Assembly: GCA_964346375.1 (NCBI GenBank) | Contig: CAYFUL010000001.1 | Span: 1 to 55,932, forward strand | Origin: an uncultured Peptoniphilaceae bacterium | Lineage (GTDB): Bacteria > Bacillota > Clostridia > Tissierellales > Peptoniphilaceae | DNA length: 55,932 nt | Reading direction: 5' to 3' | Shown: one piece after another, positions 37,798 through 48,402 of the stretch | How the letters are laid out: each line of letters starts with the position of its first letter | Numbering within the stretch: the stretch's first letter is position 1 | Notes under the pieces: generated by a model | What the model was told of the DNA's origin: nothing | Database searches by the model: none | The model's input: only the letters and a program-made list of their open reading frames with translations | Position numbers and translations under genes: made by a program

Positions 37798-39162
37798 TTA
37801 TCCTTTTTTTATTCGATTGATAATATTTTGAACCTTTAATTTAAATTCCATACTATTATCCATATCCTTTTTAATTTTGTCATAGGCATGGATAACTGTA
37901 GAGTGATCTCTTCCTCCAAATTCTTCCCCTATTTTTGGTAGACTTAGTTCTGTAAGCTCTCTAGTAATGTACATTGCAATCTGTCTTGGATATGCAATTG
38001 CCTTAGTCCTTTTCTTAGAGTCTAGTTCAGATACTGTTACGTTAAATTCATCTGAGATATACTCTTTAATTAGTTTAGAGGTAATAATTTTTTTATCTGG
38101 AACTGTGTAGTAGTCCTTTAAAATTGTTGCAACAGTTTCTACGCTTAGTTCGTTAGATATTAATTTGGTGTATATTTTTACCTTTGATAGTGCTCCTTCA
38201 AGTTCTCTAATATTATTTCTAGCATTTTCTGCAATAAAGACTATTATGTCGTTTGGAAGGTCGTATCCGTCCTCCTCACACTTATTTTTTAATATTGCAA
38301 TTCTAGTTTCTAGGTCTGGTGGAGAAATATCTACTACTATTCCCCATGAAAACCTAGTAATTAATCTCTCCTCTATATTGTCAATACTATTGGGGGGTTT
38401 ATCAGAGGTAAGTACAATTTGCTTGTTGTTATTTTTCAGTTCATTAAAGGTATTAAAAAACTCATCCTGTGTAGCTTTTTTTCCAGTAATAAATTGAATA
38501 TCGTCTATTAGTAGTACATCTACTTCCCTGTATTTTTTTCTAAATGCCTCATTTTTATTTAGTTTTATGGAATCAATAAGTTCATTAGTAAACTGTTCAC
38601 TTGTAATATAGAGTATTCTCTTACTGGGATCTCTAGCTATTACATAATTTCCGATGGCTTGCATTAAATGGGTCTTGCCCAGTCCTGATCCTCCATAGAT
38701 AAAAAGAGGATTGCTCTTTACAATTTCTGGATTTTCATAATTTTCTGCCACTGCAAGAGATGCTGCATGGGCAAATTCATTTCCACTTCCTACAATAAAG
38801 TTTTTAAAATTATACTTTGGATTTAATCTTGATTCATCGTGAAATGTAGCAGGTACTTCGTCAGTTTTTACTCTGTGATTTTTATAATCTCCTGCTTCAT
38901 CCTTAGTAAATATTTTTATTTCATAGTCTTCTTTTACAACTTCCCTTATACAATTTTTTAGGAAGTTATATTTTGCAGGTGTATTGGTCAGATAGTTTTT
39001 AATAAATTCTGCTGGTACAGAAACGTTTAAGATTTTATTTTCTGTATCAAGATTTATTAACTCCAATCTGGAGTACCAAGTATTAAATGCAGTTTCATCG
39101 AAGGAATTATCTCTTACTAATTTCATAAAGTCTTTCCATACAATAGAAAAATCTTTATTCAT
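37798..39162 (-). CDS. dnaA: Chromosomal replication initiator DnaA
   Basis: 454 aa with Walker A GGSGLGKTHL and the C-terminal DnaA-box-binding motif GGRDHSTVIHA. Confidence 0.97.
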   Translation of the reverse strand: MNKDFSIVWKDFMKLVRDNSFDETAFNTWYSRLELINLDTENKILNVSVPAEFIKNYLTNTPAKYNFLKNCIREVVKEDYEIKIFTKDEAGDYKNHRVKTDEVPATFHDESRLNPKYNFKNFIVGSGNEFAHAASLAVAENYENPEIVKSNPLFIYGGSGLGKTHLMQAIGNYVIARDPSKRILYITSEQFTNELIDSIKLNKNEAFRKKYREVDVLLIDDIQFITGKKATQDEFFNTFNELKNNNKQIVLTSDKPPNSIDNIEERLITRFSWGIVVDISPPDLETRIAILKNKCEEDGYDLPNDIIVFIAENARNNIRELEGALSKVKIYTKLISNELSVETVATILKDYYTVPDKKIITSKLIKEYISDEFNVTVSELDSKKRTKAIAYPRQIAMYITRELTELSLPKIGEEFGGRDHSTVIHAYDKIKKDMDNSMEFKLKVQNIINRIKKG

Positions 39163-39519
39163 TTTTCCTCCTTGTGAATAAATCTCTACACAAAAATTAT
39201 TAACAGCTGTTAATAATTCTGTTGATAAATATTTTCTACTATGTTTAATGTGGATAAGTCTACTGAAAAAACAGGTATGTTTCTAAAAAATTCGAAAAAA
39301 TAAAAAAGGTATCAACATTCTATACACAGATTGTTAATAACTTCTTTATCCACAAGTTATTTTTATATCCACATCTAAAATTTTTTTACTAACTATATTT
39401 TAACAAATAGGTAACAAGTTATCAACAGGATGAAAGGCATAATTCAATGAAAAAACTTGACAGACGAGTGGATAATTCCTATAATACTTTTAGTATTTTT
39501 ATAGAAAGGAGTGAATAAA
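39163..39519. other. oriC segment between dnaA and rpmH (DnaA boxes; dnaA and rpmH promoters)
   Basis: Perfect boxes at 39249-39257 (TGTGGATAA) and 39346-39354 (TTATCCACA). One-mismatch boxes at 39173-39181, 39220-39228, 39365-39373, 39419-39427 and 39467-39475. A 22-bp palindrome at 39196-39217. Confidence 0.75.
39457..39485 (+). promoter_or_regulatory. Consensus sigma-A promoter of rpmH with a DnaA box in the spacer
   Basis: TTGACA at 39457-39462, a 17-nt spacer, and TATAAT at 39480-39485. The spacer contains AGTGGATAA (39467-39475). Confidence 0.75.
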
Positions 39520-39654
39520 TTGAAGAGAACTTACCAACCAAAAAATCGTGCAAGAAAAAGAGAGCATGGATTTAGAAAGAGAATGAGAACTAGATCTGGA
39601 AGAGCTGTTATTAAGGCGAGAAGAGCTAAGGGTAGAAAGAGACTTTCTGCTTAA
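39520..39654 (+). CDS. rpmH: 50S ribosomal protein L34
   Basis: Too short for the ORF track. A TTG start 8 nt behind AAGGAG gives [44 protein letters not shown] (44 aa). Confidence 0.9.
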   Translation: MKRTYQPKNRARKREHGFRKRMRTRSGRAVIKARRAKGRKRLSA

Positions 39655-39662
39655 GGTATGGA

Positions 39663-39995
39663 ATGAAAACAAAAATCTATTTAAAAAAGAACAGTGACTT
39701 TTCAAAAGTCTATGGGAAGCGAAATATTATGGGAAATAAAAATCTCACTCTATATTTAAAAAGGAATAACCTTGGTTATACTAGGTGTGGTTTTTCACTT
39801 AATAAGAAGGTGGGAAATGCAGTTACTAGAAATAAAATTAAGAGAAGATTACGAGAGATATATTTAGAATCCTATGATAAATTAAAACCGGGATTTGATA
39901 TGGTAATTGTTGCAAAACCAACTGCAGCAGATGTGGACTTTAAAACTCTAAGAGGTTCATACTACCATGTATTAAAGAAGGCGAATTGGAAATGA
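39663..39995 (+). CDS. rnpA: Ribonuclease P protein component
   Basis: 110-aa basic protein directly after rpmH, with the [18 protein letters not shown] motif. Confidence 0.9.
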   Translation: MKTKIYLKKNSDFSKVYGKRNIMGNKNLTLYLKRNNLGYTRCGFSLNKKVGNAVTRNKIKRRLREIYLESYDKLKPGFDMVIVAKPTAADVDFKTLRGSYYHVLKKANWK

Positions 39996-40207
39996 GTAAA
40001 ATAATGATGTTATTAATTAGATTTTACCAAGAGGTAATTTCTAAGTATATTTTAGTTGGAGCCCATTGTCGTTTTAGACCAACCTGTTCTGAATATTCCT
40101 ATCAAGCTTATAAGAAATATGGATTTTTTAAGGGAACTTTTTTATCCGTTAAAAGAATTTTAAAATGCCATCCATTTCACAGTGGTGGATATGATCCCTT
40201 ACCTTAG
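39986..40207 (+). CDS. yidD: Membrane protein insertion efficiency factor YidD
   Basis: [14 protein letters not shown] and [10 protein letters not shown] motifs. Confidence 0.85.
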   Translation: MEMSKIMMLLIRFYQEVISKYILVGAHCRFRPTCSEYSYQAYKKYGFFKGTFLSVKRILKCHPFHSGGYDPLP

Positions 40208-40215
40208 GAGGAAAG

Positions 40216-40941
40216 ATGAAACCTTTAGTAAAACTCTTTGGTGGCATGTTTCGAATGGTATATGATGTCCTTGCAAGTACAATAGCAGAGCCAGAAAGTA
40301 TTTCATATTTTGCTCTATCTATTATTATTGCAACTCTAATCATAAAATTAGTAACCATTCCACTAAATATTATGAATACTAAAAATCAAAAGGCAATGGC
40401 TAGACTTCAACCGGAAATTGAAAAACTTCAAAAGAAGTACAAAAACGACCCACAAACTCTAGCTATGAAGCAACAGCAACTTTACAAGGATGCAAATTAT
40501 TCTATGTTTAGTGGTTGTCTACCAATGATTATCCAGCTTGTAGTACTTTTAGCGTTTTATAGGGTGTTCTTAGAACCACAAACCTATGCTTTTCCAGAGC
40601 CGGGATTATTTGAATCGATTAATAAGAATTTCTTCTACATTAGTGATTTAGATAAGGCCGATACTACAATGATACTGCCAATTATTGCAGCTGTAGCTAC
40701 TTATCTAAGCTCATGGATTATGATGAAAGCTCAAGCAAATACTGGATTGCAAAACGAAAGTACAAAGTCTATGCAAAATACCATGAATATTATTATGCCT
40801 GTAATGATTTTTTCTATGGGTAGAAGAATGGCGACAGGACTTGTACTATACTGGATACTAAGTAACTTATTTACTCTGTTAACACAAATTATTACCAACA
40901 AAGTTGTGAAGAATGATGTAACAGAGGCTGAGGAGGAATAA
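40216..40941 (+). CDS. yidC: YidC/Oxa1 family membrane protein insertase
   Basis: 241 aa with the short Firmicute YidC/SpoIIIJ architecture, in the conserved position. Confidence 0.9.
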   Translation: MKPLVKLFGGMFRMVYDVLASTIAEPESISYFALSIIIATLIIKLVTIPLNIMNTKNQKAMARLQPEIEKLQKKYKNDPQTLAMKQQQLYKDANYSMFSGCLPMIIQLVVLLAFYRVFLEPQTYAFPEPGLFESINKNFFYISDLDKADTTMILPIIAAVATYLSSWIMMKAQANTGLQNESTKSMQNTMNIIMPVMIFSMGRRMATGLVLYWILSNLFTLLTQIITNKVVKNDVTEAEEE

Positions 40942-41748
40942 ATGAGTTATGTAATTGTAACAGGTAAAACTGTTGAAGAAGCTGTAAATAGTGCTCTTAT
41001 TGAATTAAATACCACTAGAGATAAAGTTGAAATTGAAGTAATAGACGAAGGAAACAAAGGCTTCCTTGGATTTATTGGTTCAAAGGAGGCAACTGTAAAG
41101 GTATCTATTATCGAAAACACTAGAGATATTCTAGATGAGATTTTTAATTCAGAACCTGAATCAGAGAAGAGCAACGAAAAATCTACAGTTGAAAAGAATT
41201 TTAATAGAGTAGAAAAATCTGAAGAAGATAAATCTCAAACTGTAGTAACTAAAGAAGAAGTTAATCTAGAATCAGAAGTAGTAGATGTTGATCTTGAAGA
41301 GATAATCGTAGAGTATATGAACAATGTACTTGGAGCATTAAAATTAGAATATGACCTTGAAATTGACAGACAGGATAATTCCTACAGGGTAAATATTTTA
41401 GGAGATGAACAGGAACTTGGTATTGTTATTGGAAAAAGAGGCGTAACTCTTGATTCCATTCAGTACTTACTAAGTCTGATTGTAAATAAACACACCGATA
41501 AATTTATTAGAGTAATAGTGGATTCTAGCGGGTATAGAAAAAAGAGAGAACAGACTCTTATTTCACTTGCTGAAAAAATGGCAAATAAGGTTCTTACAAC
41601 TAATAGACCTGTAAAACTTGAGCCTATGAATTCCCACGAGAGAAAGATAATTCACTCTGCTCTACAGGATTTTGATGGAGTACTTACTCATTCTGAGGGG
41701 AGAGACCCTTACAGAAGAGTTGTAATTCAAAAGGAAAGAAAGTATTAA
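40942..41748 (+). CDS. jag: Jag/KhpB RNA-binding protein (Jag_N, KH, R3H)
   Basis: Jag_N N-terminus (VTGKTVEEAVNSALIEL), an acidic linker, then KH (VIGKRGVTLDSIQYL) and R3H (ERKIIHSAL). Confidence 0.85.
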   Translation: MSYVIVTGKTVEEAVNSALIELNTTRDKVEIEVIDEGNKGFLGFIGSKEATVKVSIIENTRDILDEIFNSEPESEKSNEKSTVEKNFNRVEKSEEDKSQTVVTKEEVNLESEVVDVDLEEIIVEYMNNVLGALKLEYDLEIDRQDNSYRVNILGDEQELGIVIGKRGVTLDSIQYLLSLIVNKHTDKFIRVIVDSSGYRKKREQTLISLAEKMANKVLTTNRPVKLEPMNSHERKIIHSALQDFDGVLTHSEGRDPYRRVVIQKERKY

Positions 41749-41776
41749 TTCATGGGATATTCCCATGAATTTTTTC
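41748..41776 (+). terminator. Rho-independent terminator after jag
   Basis: 10-bp stem ATTCATGGGA/TCCCATGAAT with a 3-nt loop, followed by T6. Confidence 0.8.
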
Positions 41777-41792
41777 TTGTGAAAGGAGGACT

Positions 41793-43163
41793 ATGGATAA
41801 TTTAATTGCTGCAATTTCTACTTCCACAGGTGTTGGAGGAATTGGAATAGTTAGAATGAGTGGAACTGGTGCAATTGAACTTGCTGATAGGGTATTTGTA
41901 CCTTCATCAGGTAGTAGTCTTATAGATAGTGAAAATAGAAAATTGGTCTACGGTCATATATACGACGGTAGCATATTAATAGATGAGGTACTAATAGCTC
42001 CAATGAAAGGCCCTAAAACTTACACTAGGGAGGATATGGTAGAGATTTATACCCATGGAGGAATAGTATCTGTTAGAAAGGTATTGGAGCTTCTACTAAA
42101 AAATGGAGCAGCTCCAGCAGAAAGAGGAGAATTTACCAAGAGGGCATTTTTAAATGGCAGACTTGATTTAACTGAGGCAGAGGGAATTATTGATGTAATA
42201 AATGCAAAAACAGACTACTCATATAATCAAGGACTTAACCAAATGAGTGGTGGATTATCTAGTAAGATAAAATCTGCAAGGGAAAAACTTGTGGGGATAA
42301 TGGCATTAATAGTGGCCAATGTAGATTTTCCAGACGAGGATATTGTAGATGCAGTATATGGTGAATTAATAGAGAGTTGTAAATCCGTTAAGGACGAAAT
42401 TGACAATATGCTAAAAAAATCCAAGAGGGGTAAATTAATTCGCGAGGGAATAGTTACTGTAATTCTTGGTAAGCCAAATGTGGGTAAGAGTTCTCTTTTA
42501 AATGAAGTCCTTTCAGAGGAGAGGGCAATAGTTACAGATATTCCTGGTACTACTAGGGATACCATTGAAGAATTTGTAGACCTTGATGGAATACTATTAA
42601 ATATTAAGGACACAGCTGGCATTAGGGATACTGATGATGAAGTTGAAAAAATTGGAGTGGATAGAGCCGTTCTTGCAGTAGAAGATGCTGATTTTGTAAT
42701 AGGTGTATTTGACTGTTCAAGGGAATTTAACAGTGAGGACGAAAGTATTGTAGACTTATTAAAAGAAAAAAATTCCATCTGTATTTTAAATAAGACTGAT
42801 CTTAAAAAGGTCTACGATGGAGATTTTTTAAGGGAAAAAACTGGAAGGGATGTAATTGAAACATCTCTAATAAACGGAATTGGAGTAGATGAGTTAAAGA
42901 AGTATATAACTGAAATTTTCTTTGAAGGAAATTTAGACTCAAACTCTGAAATATATATTAATAGAACTCGTCACATTGAGGAGTTAAATAAAGCAAGTAA
43001 CAGTTTAAATTTAGCAATAGAGGCCCTAGAAGTCGGAGAATTTTTAGATTGTGTGGAAGTTGATATAAATGATGCCCTAGAAAATTTATCGTCCATAATA
43101 GGCGAATCTGTTGGGGAGGATGTACTTGATAGGGTGTTCTCAGAATTTTGTATAGGTAAGTAA
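41793..43163 (+). CDS. mnmE: tRNA modification GTPase MnmE
   Basis: G1 [18 protein letters not shown], and the C-terminal CIGK. Confidence 0.95.
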   Translation: MDNLIAAISTSTGVGGIGIVRMSGTGAIELADRVFVPSSGSSLIDSENRKLVYGHIYDGSILIDEVLIAPMKGPKTYTREDMVEIYTHGGIVSVRKVLELLLKNGAAPAERGEFTKRAFLNGRLDLTEAEGIIDVINAKTDYSYNQGLNQMSGGLSSKIKSAREKLVGIMALIVANVDFPDEDIVDAVYGELIESCKSVKDEIDNMLKKSKRGKLIREGIVTVILGKPNVGKSSLLNEVLSEERAIVTDIPGTTRDTIEEFVDLDGILLNIKDTAGIRDTDDEVEKIGVDRAVLAVEDADFVIGVFDCSREFNSEDESIVDLLKEKNSICILNKTDLKKVYDGDFLREKTGRDVIETSLINGIGVDELKKYITEIFFEGNLDSNSEIYINRTRHIEELNKASNSLNLAIEALEVGEFLDCVEVDINDALENLSSIIGESVGEDVLDRVFSEFCIGK

Positions 43164-43164
43164 A

Positions 43165-45060
43165 ATGAATAGATATATAGCAGATGAATTAGATGTAGTA
43201 GTTATAGGAGCAGGCCACGCTGGAACTGAGGCTGGCCTTGCCTCTGCTAGAATGGGATTAAAAACTGCAATCCTAACTATGAATTTAGACTCAATAGTTG
43301 CCATGAGTTGTAATCCAAATATTGGTGGTACTGGAAAGGGACACCTTGTAAGGGAAATTGATGCCCTTGGTGGAGAGATGGCAAAAAATATCGACAGGAC
43401 TTTTATTCAAAGTCGTATGTTAAATACCTCTAAAGGACCTGCGGTACACTCTCTTAGAGTTCAAGCGGACAAGAGAAGGTACCACGATGAGATGAAGAAG
43501 GTAATAGAGCTTGAGGAAAATTTAAAACTAAGACAGGCAGAAGTTGTAGAGATTTTAGTAGAAGATGGTAGAGTTACTGGCGTGCTAACTAAAACTGGAG
43601 GTATTTACAAGGCGAAAAGTGTAGTAGTTGCAACGGGAACCTATTTAAGAGGGATGATCTATATGGGAGAGGTTCACTATGAATCCGGCCCAGATGGGAT
43701 GCAACCGGCGAACCACCTTTCAAAAAACCTAGAGAGTCTTGGACTTACCCTTATGAGATTAAAAACAGGTACTCCTGCAAGAGTTCATAGGGATTCAATT
43801 GACTACTCAAATATGGAAATTCAAAGGGGCGATAGTGAAGTAGTTCCATTTTCGTTTTCAAATTTTGACAAGGACTTAAATAAAAATCAAGAGGTATGTT
43901 ATTTAACATATACTACGGAAAAATGTCACGAAATAATTAGAGAGAACCTTCATAGATCGGCACTATACCTTGGAGATATTGAAGGACTTGGGCCAAGGTA
44001 CTGCCCTTCTATTGAAGATAAGGTTGTAAGATTTTCAGATAAGGACAAACACCAAGTATTTATAGAACCAGAGGGACTTTCAACGGTGGAGATGTATGTA
44101 CAGGGAGTTAGTTCATCTCTTCCAGAGGAGGTACAAATACAACTATACAAGGAAATTGAAGGACTAGAGAATGTAGAATTTATGAGAAGTGCCTACGCAA
44201 TTGAGTACGATGCAATAGATGCAACGGTATTAAAGAGAAGCCTAGAGCATATGGAAATTGATGGACTATTTTTCGCAGGACAGATAAATGGAAGTAGTGG
44301 ATACGAAGAAGCCGCAAGCCAAGGTTTAATTGCAGGAATAAATGCAGCACTAAAGGTACAGGAGAAGGAACCACTAATAATAAATAGATCAGAAGGATAT
44401 ATTGGGGTACTAATAGACGATTTAGTAACTAAGGGTACGAAGGAACCATATAGAATGATGACGGCAAGGGCAGAATATAGACTTACCCTTCGCCAAGATA
44501 ATGCTGATTTAAGATTAACGGAAATGGGAAAAAGTATAGGCCTTGTAAAAGAGGATCAGTACAAAAAATATCTATATCGAAAAGAAAATATAGAGAGGGA
44601 ATTAAATAGAGTAAGGTCAATTCAAATTAACCCTACTGAAGAAAATAATAGGATTATTGAAAAATTAGGTTCAACTCCAATTAAAAACTCCCAAAGTCTA
44701 GCAGAGCTTATTAGAAGGCCAGAGTTAAACTATGAAATTGTAAAGGTACTTGACCCAGATAGAGTGGAGCTTCGTAAGGATATAACGGACCAAGTTGAAA
44801 TACAAATTAAGTACGAGGGATATATTAAAAAACAATCCATCCAAATAAATCAGTTTAGGAAGCTTGAAAATAAAACTCTATCTAAGGATTTAGACTACTC
44901 AAAAATTCAAGGACTACGACTTGAAGCAAGGGAGAAGTTATTAAAAATAAAGCCAGAGAGTATTGGACAGGCATCTCGTATTACAGGAGTTAGTCCTGCG
45001 GATATTAATGTACTTCTAATTTACTTGGAGACTTTAAGGAGAAATAATGGAAATATTTAG
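43165..45060 (+). CDS. mnmG: tRNA uridine 5-carboxymethylaminomethyl modification enzyme MnmG
   Basis: FAD motif [13 protein letters not shown] in a 631-aa ORF. Confidence 0.95.
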   Translation: MNRYIADELDVVVIGAGHAGTEAGLASARMGLKTAILTMNLDSIVAMSCNPNIGGTGKGHLVREIDALGGEMAKNIDRTFIQSRMLNTSKGPAVHSLRVQADKRRYHDEMKKVIELEENLKLRQAEVVEILVEDGRVTGVLTKTGGIYKAKSVVVATGTYLRGMIYMGEVHYESGPDGMQPANHLSKNLESLGLTLMRLKTGTPARVHRDSIDYSNMEIQRGDSEVVPFSFSNFDKDLNKNQEVCYLTYTTEKCHEIIRENLHRSALYLGDIEGLGPRYCPSIEDKVVRFSDKDKHQVFIEPEGLSTVEMYVQGVSSSLPEEVQIQLYKEIEGLENVEFMRSAYAIEYDAIDATVLKRSLEHMEIDGLFFAGQINGSSGYEEAASQGLIAGINAALKVQEKEPLIINRSEGYIGVLIDDLVTKGTKEPYRMMTARAEYRLTLRQDNADLRLTEMGKSIGLVKEDQYKKYLYRKENIERELNRVRSIQINPTEENNRIIEKLGSTPIKNSQSLAELIRRPELNYEIVKVLDPDRVELRKDITDQVEIQIKYEGYIKKQSIQINQFRKLENKTLSKDLDYSKIQGLRLEAREKLLKIKPESIGQASRITGVSPADINVLLIYLETLRRNNGNI

Positions 45061-45745
45061 AGATGGTCTTGTAAAACTTGGACTAAATGAAAATATAGAC
45101 TATGAGAGTTTTGAAACCTTTAAGGAATTACTCCTTGAATGGAACGAAAAGATAAATATAACGAGAATAACTTCAGAAGATGAAGTCTACACAAAACACT
45201 TTATAGATTCTCTATCAATATTTCTCCTAGATATTTTTAATGGAGATGAAAATGTAATGGACCTTGGAACTGGAGGAGGATTTCCAGGAATGCCTATGAA
45301 GTTATATAAGCCAGGACTTAATATTACACTAATGGATTCTCTAAAAAAGAGGCTAAATTTTTTAGACATAGTAATTGAAAAGTTAGGTCTTATTGGAATT
45401 TCAACTCTCCATGGTCGTGCAGAAGAACTTGCAAGAAATATTGATTATAGAGAATCATTTCAAATAGTTACTTCAAGAGCAGTAGCAGAACTTTCAACAC
45501 TCCTTGAATTTTCAATGGGCTTTGTAAAAGTTGGAGGATACTTTGTAGCAATGAAAGGGCCAAAGGCTGAAGAGGAATTAATAGGCGCAAAAAATGCTCT
45601 TAAAATTTTAAAGTCGGAAGTTGTAAAGGTAGAGAAGATTAAAATTGATGACTTTGAACGAAATTTAATACTAATAAAAAAAGTAGGGGAACTTAGTAGT
45701 AAGTACCCTCGCGGTGGAGGAAAACCTAAAAAAAATCCACTGTAA
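45047..45745 (+). CDS. rsmG: 16S rRNA (guanine527-N7)-methyltransferase RsmG
   Basis: SAM motif [10 protein letters not shown], in the conserved position after mnmG. Confidence 0.9.
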   Translation: MEIFRDGLVKLGLNENIDYESFETFKELLLEWNEKINITRITSEDEVYTKHFIDSLSIFLLDIFNGDENVMDLGTGGGFPGMPMKLYKPGLNITLMDSLKKRLNFLDIVIEKLGLIGISTLHGRAEELARNIDYRESFQIVTSRAVAELSTLLEFSMGFVKVGGYFVAMKGPKAEEELIGAKNALKILKSEVVKVEKIKIDDFERNLILIKKVGELSSKYPRGGGKPKKNPL

Positions 45746-45762
45746 TGCTCCACGTGGAGCAT
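45745..45762. promoter_or_regulatory. parS-like perfect 18-bp palindrome ATGCTCCACGTGGAGCAT
   Basis: The 16-mer core TGCTCCACGTGGAGCA keeps the parS CACGTG centre and outer TG/CA. It differs symmetrically from TGTTTCACGTGAAACA at positions 3/14 and 5/12. Confidence 0.45.
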
Positions 45763-45788
45763 GCCGACCGAAAGGTCGGTATTTTTTT
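45763..45788 (+). terminator. Rho-independent terminator after rsmG
   Basis: CCGACC-GAAA-GGTCGG followed by TATTTTTTT. Confidence 0.85.
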
Positions 45789-45845
45789 GAAAATTTTTAA
45801 AAATACAAAGGGCTTTATTTTTAAAGGGATAGAAGATTTTTAAAG

Positions 45846-45863
45846 ATGCTCTACGTGGAGCAT
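45846..45863. promoter_or_regulatory. Second parS-like palindrome ATGCTCTACGTGGAGCAT (one mismatch)
   Basis: Same 18-mer as at 45745 with C to T at 45852. Its centre is 101 bp from the first copy, and it lies about 65 nt upstream of the parA start. Confidence 0.4.
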
Positions 45864-45926
45864 GGTCTTTTATCTTTTTTCTTTATGGGATATAATAATT
45901 CTACAAAGATTTAAAGAGGTGGAAGA

Positions 45927-46676
45927 ATGACAAAAGTTATTACCCTTTTCAACCAAAAAGGCGGCGTAGGAAAAACTACTACCGTTGTAAATTTAGCCGC
46001 TGCTCTTTCCAACTTAGGAAGAAAAGTATTGGTAATAGATATGGATCCCCAGTCTAATACCACAAGTGGATTAGGTGTAGAAAAGGATTTAGAACTTAAT
46101 ACCTACGACTTTTTAATAGATGATAGTATTGAAATTATTACTACAAATTCAAAGGTGGACTTAATTCCATCAGGCACAGATCTCGCAGGAGTTGAAATTG
46201 AACTTGCAAAGGCTGGCAATTGGCAGATGTTACTAAAGGATAGAATTGAGAGTGTTAAAAAAAATTATGACTATATTTTAATAGACTCTCCTCCTTCCCT
46301 TGGTGTTCTTTCTATGGTTTCTCTAGTTGCCTCAGATAGTATTATCATTCCTGTTCAATGTGAGTACTATGCTCTTGAAGGCGTTAGTCAACTTTTTAGT
46401 ACTATTGAACTTGTTCGAGATAATTTCAACAAGAATCTAGAAATTGAAGGGGTACTAATGTGTATGTACGACCCTAGAACTAATTTATCTCTACAAGTTG
46501 TTGATGAGGTTAAGGGATTTTTTAAGAACAAGGTCTACCTTACAATGATACCTAGAAATGTTAGACTTGCTGAAGCACCAAGTTATGGTATGAGTATTTT
46601 TGAATACGATGCTAATAGTAAAGGAGCAAAGGCATATATGGACTTTGCAATGGAATTTGAAAGGAAGTTAAAGTGA
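45927..46676 (+). CDS. soj: Chromosome partitioning ATPase ParA/Soj
   Basis: Deviant Walker A NQKGGVGKTTT in a 249-aa ORF. Confidence 0.9.
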   Translation: MTKVITLFNQKGGVGKTTTVVNLAAALSNLGRKVLVIDMDPQSNTTSGLGVEKDLELNTYDFLIDDSIEIITTNSKVDLIPSGTDLAGVEIELAKAGNWQMLLKDRIESVKKNYDYILIDSPPSLGVLSMVSLVASDSIIIPVQCEYYALEGVSQLFSTIELVRDNFNKNLEIEGVLMCMYDPRTNLSLQVVDEVKGFFKNKVYLTMIPRNVRLAEAPSYGMSIFEYDANSKGAKAYMDFAMEFERKLK

Positions 46677-47518
46677 TTAAGAAGAAGGGTTTAGGCAGAG
46701 GTATTAATAATTTTGTAAAGGATGCTGAAATTGTAAAGGAGATTTTAAACTCTGAGAGTACTTCTGTTGAAGAGATTAATATTGATGAACTACATCCCAA
46801 TAAAAATCAGGCTAGAAAGATTTTTGATAAAGAGGAACTAAAAAGTCTCTCTGATTCTATTAAAGAACATGGTATTATTCAGCCCCTAATTGTAAGTAGA
46901 TCTCTTAATGGATATAAAATTATTGCCGGAGAGAGAAGATATAGGGCTGCTAAAATAGCTGGATTAAATAGTGTTCCTGTTATTATAAAAGATATTTCCG
47001 AAGAGGAGTCTGATAAAATTTCCCTTATTGAAAATATTCAAAGGGTTAATTTAAATCCCATTGAAGAAGCGAGGGGCTACAAGGATATTCTAGATAAGTA
47101 TTCCATTACTCAAATTGAACTTGCCAAAGCCCTTGGTAAGAGTAGACAGTACATTGGTAATACTGTTAGAATGTTAAAACTTCATCCCCAAGTTGTAAGT
47201 TTTTTAGAAGAGGGAAAATTATCCCCAAGCCATGGAAAACTTCTCCTTGGTATTAAAAATGAACAGGAGCAACTTAAAAAGGCACTTGATATTATCAAAA
47301 AGGGAGACTCTGTTGCTACTGCCAATAAGAAAATTAAGTCCAATAATAATACTAGAGTGGACCTCTATATTGAAAGCACTAAGAGAAATTTAGAGGAACA
47401 TTTTGGTACGAAGGTTGAGATTAAAAATACTGGGAAAATTAGAAAAATTGAGATAGAATATTACACTGATGAGGATTTAGAAAGGATTACTGAATTAATA
47501 ATAGGTGCTTATCTATGA
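46673..47518 (+). CDS. spo0J: Chromosome partitioning protein ParB/Spo0J
   Basis: GERRYRAA arginine patch and HTH ITQIELAKALGKSRQYIGN. A GTG start overlaps parA by 4 nt. Confidence 0.9.
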   Translation: MIKKKGLGRGINNFVKDAEIVKEILNSESTSVEEINIDELHPNKNQARKIFDKEELKSLSDSIKEHGIIQPLIVSRSLNGYKIIAGERRYRAAKIAGLNSVPVIIKDISEEESDKISLIENIQRVNLNPIEEARGYKDILDKYSITQIELAKALGKSRQYIGNTVRMLKLHPQVVSFLEEGKLSPSHGKLLLGIKNEQEQLKKALDIIKKGDSVATANKKIKSNNNTRVDLYIESTKRNLEEHFGTKVEIKNTGKIRKIEIEYYTDEDLERITELIIGAYL

Positions 47519-48402
47519 TAATTGATTATAAAATGTACTTGGTAAATGCCTTTTCCAATAAACCCTTTAAGGGAAATTCAACTGGTGTTGTAATTAATGA
47601 TGGAAGTATGAGTGGCGAAACTATGCAAAATATTGCCAAGGACTTAAATCAGTCGGAGACAGTTTTTGTAAGTAGACTTGATGTTGAAAGATATCAGACT
47701 AGATTTTTTACATCTGAAAAGGAATTAGACCTTTGCGGTCACGCAACTATTGCTACATTTTTCTCACTAGCTGATCAAAATTATATTAAACCAATTGAAG
47801 ATGGAGTTAAGGAAATTATTCAGCATACTGGCTGTGGAAAGATTAAGGTTGAGTTAGAGTATAGCGACTACCAGGTACAAAAGGTATATATGTACCTTGA
47901 TGAACTTGAAATTAGAGAGGATATTGACAGGGATTTTGTTGCTAGGATGCTAAATATATCTCCAGATGATATTGGACTGCCCTACAAGGAACTAAACCCT
48001 AAAAAGGTCTATACTAAGTTAAATGATATTGTCGTTCCCGTAAAGAGCCTAGAGGTTCTTGAGAGTATTATAATTAATGAAGAGGAGATGAGAGAGTACT
48101 CCATTAAAAATAATATTGTGAGTTTCCAAGTTTTTACTACTGATGATGGAAATGTTATTAACCAGAGAACTTTCTCCCCTTCCATTGGAATTTATGAGGA
48201 GTGTGGAAGTGGTTCCTCTACTGGGGCAACTCTTTACTATATGGTAAAAAACGGCATTAATTCATCAAATAAGATTAGAGTAGTACAAGGGGCTCACTTA
48301 AATAGACAAAGTGCTCTTACTGCAGAATACTGTAGTGAATGCGACATGGTTAAAGTTGGTGGAAGGGCATTTGTATTTTTAAATGGAGTGCTTAGTGTGT
48401 GA
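47515..48402 (+). CDS. PhzF family isomerase-like protein
   Basis: N-terminal AFSNKPFKGNSTGVV and the central ETVFV motif, in a 295-aa ORF. Confidence 0.75.
   Translation: MIIDYKMYLVNAFSNKPFKGNSTGVVINDGSMSGETMQNIAKDLNQSETVFVSRLDVERYQTRFFTSEKELDLCGHATIATFFSLADQNYIKPIEDGVKEIIQHTGCGKIKVELEYSDYQVQKVYMYLDELEIREDIDRDFVARMLNISPDDIGLPYKELNPKKVYTKLNDIVVPVKSLEVLESIIINEEEMREYSIKNNIVSFQVFTTDDGNVINQRTFSPSIGIYEECGSGSSTGATLYYMVKNGINSSNKIRVVQGAHLNRQSALTAEYCSECDMVKVGGRAFVFLNGVLSV

Noticed and set aside
39499-39705. Track ORF of 68 aa on the minus strand.
   Set aside because: It is the antisense shadow of rpmH; the serine/arginine-rich translation mirrors L34 codons.
45460-45762. Track ORF of 100 aa on the minus strand, starting in the palindrome.
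   Set aside because: It is antisense to rsmG. Its start codon is simply the ATG of the palindrome ATGCTCCACGTGGAGCAT.
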